From contig CAXXVZ010000005.1 in the NCBI GenBank assembly GCA_963678065.2, positions 1,200,553 to 1,264,552 on the forward strand: a stretch of 64,000 bases of DNA, given 5' to 3'. The position numbers and the translations under genes are program-made. Of this stretch, positions 58,389 through 64,000 are shown piece after piece; the stretch's first letter is position 1; every line of letters begins with the position of its first letter. This DNA comes from Treponemataceae bacterium. GTDB lineage: Bacteria > Spirochaetota > Spirochaetia > Treponematales > Rectinemataceae. The notes under the pieces are model-generated. The model did no database searches, was not told the DNA's origin, and worked only from the letters and a program-made list of their open reading frames with translations.

Positions 58389-59317
58389 TTGACCCACCTC
58401 GAACTGATCTTCTGCAGCCAGCTGTACGCCAGGATGCTGATCGTCATGACGATGACCATGCCGAAAGCCAGAGCGTAGCCGAGGTTGGGGTCATGGAGGA
58501 CGTTGCCCTTCACCTGCGCTCCTATGAGGATGGGCACGAGGTTGATGAGGCCGCCGGTCAGGGCGTACGCGGTGGCATACGCGCCGAAGGCATTGCCGAA
58601 GAGGAGGATGAAGGCGGCGAGGAGGGAGGGCAGGAGCACGGGTATGCCGACCTTTATCCAGTACTGGATGCTGGAAGCCCCGAGGCTCTCCGAGGCTTCG
58701 CGCCACTCTTTTTTGATCCCGTCCAGGGCCGGCAGGATGATGAGGATCATGAGTGGGATCTGGAAGTAGGTGTAGGTGAGGGTGAGGCCCCAGAAGCTGT
58801 AGAGGTTGAAGCCCGAGTCATAGAGCTCGATGCCGAAGAGGCTCCGGAGCAGGACCGTTATGAGGCCGACCCGGCCGAGAGTCGCTATGAAAGCGAAGGC
58901 CAGGGGTACGCCCGCGAAATTCGAGGCTACGCCCGAGAACGTCGCCATGAAGGACCGCAGAGGTTTCGGAAGGCCGCCGAGGGAGATAGCGTAGGCGATG
59001 AGGAAGCCGAGAGCGCCTCCGAGGACGGCGGTCGTGGCGCTCACCTTGATGGTGATGAGATAGGAGTCGAGAATATTCGGCCTGAAAAGATGCACGAAAT
59101 TTTCGAGGGTGAAAGCGCCCGCCTCGGTCTGGAAGGATCCGATGACTATTGAGCTCGCGGGAAGGAGCATGAAAAGGAAGGCGAAGGCGAAAAAGGGCAG
59201 GAGGCCTAACCAGGCCAGACTGCCCTTACGCCGCGCTCTTTGCGGGGCAAGGGCGCGCGGCCCCGGGACGTTCAGGTGCCCCGGGGCCGCGCTACCCCGC
59301 TCGATATGAGCGGTCAT
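58385..59317 (-). CDS. ABC permease, PotB-like
   Basis: SNFAGVPLAFAF, YFQIPLM, EWREA..SLGA, AYATAYAL. Confidence 0.9.
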   Translation of the reverse strand: MTAHIERGSAAPGHLNVPGPRALAPQRARRKGSLAWLGLLPFFAFAFLFMLLPASSIVIGSFQTEAGAFTLENFVHLFRPNILDSYLITIKVSATTAVLGGALGFLIAYAISLGGLPKPLRSFMATFSGVASNFAGVPLAFAFIATLGRVGLITVLLRSLFGIELYDSGFNLYSFWGLTLTYTYFQIPLMILIILPALDGIKKEWREASESLGASSIQYWIKVGIPVLLPSLLAAFILLFGNAFGAYATAYALTGGLINLVPILIGAQVKGNVLHDPNLGYALAFGMVIVMTISILAYSWLQKISSRWVK

Positions 59318-59326
59318 ACGTGATCC

Positions 59327-60430
59327 TTATCTTTTCTGGATGTTGGCGCCGACGGTCTTGTCCCAGCCTTCGGCGACGGCTTTTCCTGCGGCGACCTGCT
59401 GTTCGAGCGTCGGGAAAACCGCGTTCGCGTAGGCGGACGAAGGCGGAAGCTTCGCGGAGAGAGCCGCGGGGACCACGCCGCGTTTGGCCATGTCGTTGAA
59501 GCGCACGGGGTGTCCGTAACCTTTGAGCCAGATGAGCTGTCCTTCGTCGGAATAGAGGTACTCCATCCAAAGCTTGGCGGCATTGGGATGGGGTGCGTAG
59601 GCGCTGATGGCCTGGATGTAGACGCCGGCCACGACGCCGGTCGCCGGAACCACGACCTGGATGGTGGGGTTGCCCGCGAGGGTGTCGCGGTTGGCGAGCG
59701 CGTTGTAGTCCCACTCGATGGTGATGGGGGTTTCGCCGGAGGCGACAGTGCCGGTCACCGCGATGAGGGGAACGAGATTGCCCGCCCTGTTCATCTTGGC
59801 GAAGAACTGGAGGCCGGGGCCCAGGTCGTTGACCGACCCGCCGTTGGCGAGGGAGGCCGCGAGAACGGTAAGGAAGGCCTGGTTGGAGATTCGGGGATCG
59901 CCGGCCAGGGCGAACTTGCCCTTGTACTCGGGCTTGAGGAGGTCGGCCCAGTCCTTCGGGACGTTCTTCACGATGTCGGTGTTGACTTCGAAAGCGAGGG
60001 CGCCGTAGTAGTCGCCGTACCAGTAGCCATCCTTGTCCTTGACGCTGTCGGGGATGGATGCCCAGGTGGAAACCTTGTACGGGGCGATGAGGCCGTTGGC
60101 CTTGGCGTCAGGACCGAACTTGAGGCCGACGTCGATGACATCAGGCGCCTGGGGACCGGTGTTGCCCTTGTTGGCCTTGATGGCTTCGAGTTCCTCGGCG
60201 GAGGATCCGTCGGGATTGAGCTCGTTCACCTTGATGCCGTACTTTGCGGAGAAGGTGGAGATCATCTCACCATAGTTAACCCAATCGTGGGGAAGAGCTA
60301 TGACCGTGAGCTGGCCTTCCTTCTGGGCGGCGGAGATAAGAGCTTTCATGTCGGTCGTCTGGGCAAAGGCGCCCGCGGAAACCAGCACGAGGAGAAGCGC
60401 GCACAGGCCGATCAAAGAAAATCGTTTCAT
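59327..60430 (-). CDS. ABC substrate-binding protein, PotD/polyamine-like clade
   Basis: Signal peptide; IALP.DW.NYG, PDVIDVG, P.DWADLLKPEYKG, APHPNAAKLWMEYLYSDEGQ; SD AGGAGG. Confidence 0.9.
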   Translation of the reverse strand: MKRFSLIGLCALLLVLVSAGAFAQTTDMKALISAAQKEGQLTVIALPHDWVNYGEMISTFSAKYGIKVNELNPDGSSAEELEAIKANKGNTGPQAPDVIDVGLKFGPDAKANGLIAPYKVSTWASIPDSVKDKDGYWYGDYYGALAFEVNTDIVKNVPKDWADLLKPEYKGKFALAGDPRISNQAFLTVLAASLANGGSVNDLGPGLQFFAKMNRAGNLVPLIAVTGTVASGETPITIEWDYNALANRDTLAGNPTIQVVVPATGVVAGVYIQAISAYAPHPNAAKLWMEYLYSDEGQLIWLKGYGHPVRFNDMAKRGVVPAALSAKLPPSSAYANAVFPTLEQQVAAGKAVAEGWDKTVGANIQKR

Positions 60431-60476
60431 GTTGCCTCCTACACTTGAGATGAGGGTTTTTACCCACAGGGGAATA

Positions 60477-60540
60477 AGTATAAATCGGGTCCGACGCAAA
60501 CACAATGCGCAATGATGAGGGTGATGTGAAAAATGCGCAA
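60477..60540 (-). promoter_or_regulatory. Promoter of the ABC-amidohydrolase operon with two TTGCGCATT boxes
   Basis: Minus TTGTGT-N17-TATACT; AATGCGCAA at 60504-60512 and 60532-60540. Confidence 0.5.
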
Positions 60541-60742
60541 GAATTCTAAACGGTGTGCACCAGCGAACGACGACGAACACTATAGAAGAATTAACAATGC
60601 CCGCCGCCCTGCCTCTGACAGATCGTTTCCGGCGAAAGCGAGATTGCAGGGTCTCGGTGGGCCACTGATATGGCGGTGTCACGTGAGGTCGAGGCAGAAT
60701 CACATAGTGACACAGGCGAGAAACCGTTTTACACTGAAATCC

Positions 60743-61780
60743 ATGGCATCATTGGACGAAGTCGTACGGCTTTCCGGATATTCGCGCAGCACAGTCTTCC
60801 GGTATCTGGCCGGGAAAAACGTCCGACCCGCCGCCGTCGGGGCGATCCGGCAGGCGATGCGCGAGGCAGGATTCCCCGCGCGGACCGAGCCGGGGCCGCA
60901 TGAAGACATCGTGATTCTTTTGTCTCTTCCGGCGGATTTCGAAGGTTTTCGCGGCTTCGCGGATGTCGTCGAAGCTGTCATGAAAAGGAGCGCGCGGGAA
61001 AGGATCGCCGTGGCCTTCGACAGGGCGCAGGCCCGCGCCCAGACCGGGACTTCGGGCAAGCGATTCGGGGTCATCATCGTCGGGAAGCGCAGGCAGGAAG
61101 AGGAAGGCGAATGGGCGCTGCTCAAGGGCGAGGGGGTTCCCGCCGTCTTCGTCAACAGGATGCCCGAAGATCCCGAAGCCAGCTGGGTCTCCGTCGATTT
61201 CCGCCTCGCGGCCGCCGATGCCGCCGCGCGCCTCGCAGGGGCTGGTTGCCGGAGGATAGCCGCCTACGCCGACACCGATGACCGCCGCGTCGAGGCTGAA
61301 AAACTCGAAGGCGCGCGTCGCGCGGTCGCCGGCTTCAGCTCGGGTCGCTCCCCGGCCGCGGGGACGACGGAAACTGTCGGCATAGTCGCTCCTTCCTGCG
61401 AAGCGGGCCTCGAACTCCGCGTCTTCTCCCCCGCCGACGGAGAGTTGGAGGCTGTCGCCGCCGCGGAGCTCGGGCGGAAGGATCGCCCCGACGGATGGCT
61501 CGCCTTCTCGGACACCGATGCGATGCGCGTCGTCCGCGTGGCCGGAACCCTGGGACTTTCGGTCCCCCGCGACCTCTCCGTCGTGGGCATGAACGATGTG
61601 GAGGGGGCCGCGTGGTTCTCTCCCGCCCTCACCAGCGTCAACATACCGTTCAGAGAGTGCGGGACCACGGCCGTCGAAATCCTTCTCCGCCTTCTGGACA
61701 ATCCGCGCGAGGCCGCGGTGAAGATCACCATGCGCCATCGCCTCGTCGAGCGCGAATCCTGCGCCGGGTCAGCGCGATGA
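60743..61780 (+). CDS. LacI family transcriptional regulator (divergent)
   Basis: SLDEVVRLSGYSRSTVFRYL HTH, FSD..A, VPRDLSVVG.ND, PALTSV, LVERES. Confidence 0.88.
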   Translation: MASLDEVVRLSGYSRSTVFRYLAGKNVRPAAVGAIRQAMREAGFPARTEPGPHEDIVILLSLPADFEGFRGFADVVEAVMKRSARERIAVAFDRAQARAQTGTSGKRFGVIIVGKRRQEEEGEWALLKGEGVPAVFVNRMPEDPEASWVSVDFRLAAADAAARLAGAGCRRIAAYADTDDRRVEAEKLEGARRAVAGFSSGRSPAAGTTETVGIVAPSCEAGLELRVFSPADGELEAVAAAELGRKDRPDGWLAFSDTDAMRVVRVAGTLGLSVPRDLSVVGMNDVEGAAWFSPALTSVNIPFRECGTTAVEILLRLLDNPREAAVKITMRHRLVERESCAGSAR

Positions 61781-63540
61781 GAATGTGGTCCAGCCTCAGG
61801 TCCAGGCTCATCCTGTACAGCCTCTCGATCACCTTTTTCGTTCTGGTCTCGCTGCTCGGGATCTCGTTCCTGACGCTCCGGGGATTCCTGCGGACAAATC
61901 TGATGGAGACGACGCGCTACAAGCTCCGCATCGCGATGGATCATATCGACCGGGACATGGACCGCCTCGTCCAGCTCGTCAACTGGTGTTCCCTGTCGAC
62001 GGATGTGGTCGCCTTCGTGTCATCCGTGTCGAGATATCCGGACGACCGCAGGTTCAAGGCCCTGTCCGCGTACTATTCCGTGCGCGATGCTGTCTACGCC
62101 AACGGGCTGGACGGCTATGTCGACAAGCTCCTGGTGGGCGGTTTCGAAGGCCATTCCATACAGTTCGGAATCCTTCAGGGGGACACGAAGGATTCCGAGG
62201 TCGCCCGGCGCGAATACGAGAAGGCGGGCAGCTACGACGACCACGCCCGCGTGTGGAGTGGATTGGTTCCCGAACCCTTCCATCATTCCGCAGGGCATTT
62301 CATGATTCCTGTGGCCAAGAGCATTTACAGCGACGACGATTCGAACCGGCCGCTGGGTTTCGTGTTCATGGCGGTAAACACGGACGTAGTCACGCGCTTT
62401 CTGGCCGGCTACGATCTGGAGCCGGGCTCCAGGCTCTTCATCGGAATCGGTCCCGCGACATATGAGATACGCGATAAACGCGCTCTCGTGGCTGTCGACC
62501 CTGGAACAGGGGAGTCGGGCACCGGGCTTGTCGTCTACCGGGGACAGAATACCGGATGGACCCTGGCCCAGACCCTGCCCACGGTCCAGATGACCCGGCA
62601 GAATCAGGTCTTCGCCTGGCTTCTCGCGATCATGGCCGGATTCGTCGTCCTCCTCGTTTTCCTTCTTCTCATAACCGTGAACCGTACTGTCAACCAGCCC
62701 ATCGCGCTCATCAACAGGCGCGTCGCCCTCGTGTCGAAGGGGGATTTCTCGCACGATCCCGACATCGAGTGGAACAACGAGCTCGGGAATATCGGCCGGG
62801 CGGTCAACCGTCTCTCCCGCGATATCGAAGAGCTGATCGAACGACGCCTGGAGGACGAGAAGGCCAAGAAGGCGCTCGAATTCCGCATGCTCCAGAACCA
62901 GATCAATCCCCACTTTCTGTACAACACCCTGAGCGCGATCAAGTGGATGGCCGAAATCCAGAAGGTGCCCGGCATCGCCGAGATGGTGAACGCCCTGGCG
63001 ACGCTGCTTCGGCATGCAGCCCAGGATTCGGGCAGCCTCATCACGCTGGACCGGGAACTGGAGCTGGTCGGCGAATACTGCACCATCCAGCGCTACCGCT
63101 CGGCGAACCTTTTCGAACTCGAAATCGCGATCCGCGATGAATCGCTGCGCCGCTGCAAGGTCGTCAAATTCATGCTGCAGCCCATCGTCGAGAACGCCAT
63201 CCTGCACGGCATCGAGCCCAAGATGGCTCCAGGGCTGATCCGCATCGAGGTCAGCCGCTCCGGGGAGGATGCGATGCGCATCGACGTGACCGATGACGGC
63301 GTAGGCATCGATCCGGAACGGTTGGCCGATGTACTGAAGGGCGGCCCCCAGGATGGCGAAGCATTCAACCGCATCGGTCTGTACAATGTCGACGAGAGGC
63401 TGAAACTGGCATTCGGCGAGGGCTACGGCCTCTCGGTCGAGAGCCGGAAGGGGCAGTACACGAAAGTGTCCGCTCTCCTTCCCTGCCACTTCGAGCAGGA
63501 AGAGAGCGCCGGGGGGGAAAGCCCATGTTCAGCCTGCTGA
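61777..63540 (+). CDS. Sensor histidine kinase, YesM/LytS family (Cache-like, HAMP)
   Basis: Two TMs; LQNQINPHFLYNTL, LQPIVENAILHG, DDGVGI, IGL.NV..RLKL.FG. Confidence 0.93.
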   Translation: MRMWSSLRSRLILYSLSITFFVLVSLLGISFLTLRGFLRTNLMETTRYKLRIAMDHIDRDMDRLVQLVNWCSLSTDVVAFVSSVSRYPDDRRFKALSAYYSVRDAVYANGLDGYVDKLLVGGFEGHSIQFGILQGDTKDSEVARREYEKAGSYDDHARVWSGLVPEPFHHSAGHFMIPVAKSIYSDDDSNRPLGFVFMAVNTDVVTRFLAGYDLEPGSRLFIGIGPATYEIRDKRALVAVDPGTGESGTGLVVYRGQNTGWTLAQTLPTVQMTRQNQVFAWLLAIMAGFVVLLVFLLLITVNRTVNQPIALINRRVALVSKGDFSHDPDIEWNNELGNIGRAVNRLSRDIEELIERRLEDEKAKKALEFRMLQNQINPHFLYNTLSAIKWMAEIQKVPGIAEMVNALATLLRHAAQDSGSLITLDRELELVGEYCTIQRYRSANLFELEIAIRDESLRRCKVVKFMLQPIVENAILHGIEPKMAPGLIRIEVSRSGEDAMRIDVTDDGVGIDPERLADVLKGGPQDGEAFNRIGLYNVDERLKLAFGEGYGLSVESRKGQYTKVSALLPCHFEQEESAGGESPCSAC

Positions 63541-64000
63541 TAGTCGACGACGAGCCATTGGCCCAGGTGGGACTCAAGTCCATGCTGGACTGGGGTGCCC
63601 TCGACGTGTCGATCGTCGGGACTTCCCCCAACGGCCTTCACGCCTTCGAGTCAATCCAACGACTCCACCCCGACATCGTGATCACCGATGTCCGCATGCC
63701 GATGCTGGACGGAATCGGGCTCCTCGAACGCTGCCGCGCCGAACTGGATTTCTGCCCCGAGTTCATCGTTCTGACGGGATACGGGGATTTCGAAGGTGCG
63801 CGCCGCTCGCTGCGCTGCTCCGCCGTGGATTTTCTCGTCAAACTGGAGCTGGACGAGGCGACTTTGCGGGAAAGCGTGGAGAGGGCGAAGGCCGTACTGC
63901 GCGTGAAGAGGAGGGCGGCGCTGCCCTCCGGCGGCGCTTTGGCCGGAAACGATCCCTTCGCCGAGACGGCCCTGACGCGCCTCCTCACGGGAGCTTACGC
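63525..64000 (+). CDS. Response regulator, YesN-like, 3'-truncated by window edge
   Basis: MFSLLIVDDEP, PDIVITDVRMP.LDG, LTGYGDF, DFLVK. Confidence 0.9.
   Translation, partial: MFSLLIVDDEPLAQVGLKSMLDWGALDVSIVGTSPNGLHAFESIQRLHPDIVITDVRMPMLDGIGLLERCRAELDFCPEFIVLTGYGDFEGARRSLRCSAVDFLVKLELDEATLRESVERAKAVLRVKRRAALPSGGALAGNDPFAETALTRLLTGAY

Overview
High-GC bacterial chromosomal segment. Several hypothetical proteins look spirochaete-like, but that taxonomy is only an impression. Contents in order: 3' part of glgX; a SEC-C protein; a region-1.1-less sigma-70 factor; a TldD/PmbA pair; a secreted protein with a flavinylation-like DAVSGAS motif; TetR; tRNA-Gly(CCC); thioesterase, adenosine deaminase, acylphosphatase and an HTH-REC regulator; tex; a Wzx-type surface polysaccharide cluster (WbaP, flippase, 3 glycosyltransferases, deacetylase, GNAT, two outer-membrane proteins); MBL hydrolase; C69 peptidase; a low-GC Cys-rich gene; a membrane-anchored Schlafen/AlbA_2 protein; a LacI-controlled PfkB-GH4-AfuABC-like-epimerase operon; a TetR-controlled ABC-2 exporter; an acyl-CoA synthetase divergent from a compact ethanolamine microcompartment operon (eutN-A-B-C-L-E-M, a frameshifted BMC-T and an unknown cargo protein); a convergent amidohydrolase plus PotABCD-like ABC operon; and LacI/YesM/YesN regulators. 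No CRISPR array, IS, integrase or rRNA was seen. The most interesting items are the minimal EUT microcompartment and its flanks (possible N-acylethanolamine pathway), the frameshifted BMC-T, the orphan encapsulated protein, the candidate flavinylated protein, the TM-Schlafen protein and recurrent leaderless promoters on regulators. All family calls come from motif recognition, not database searches.
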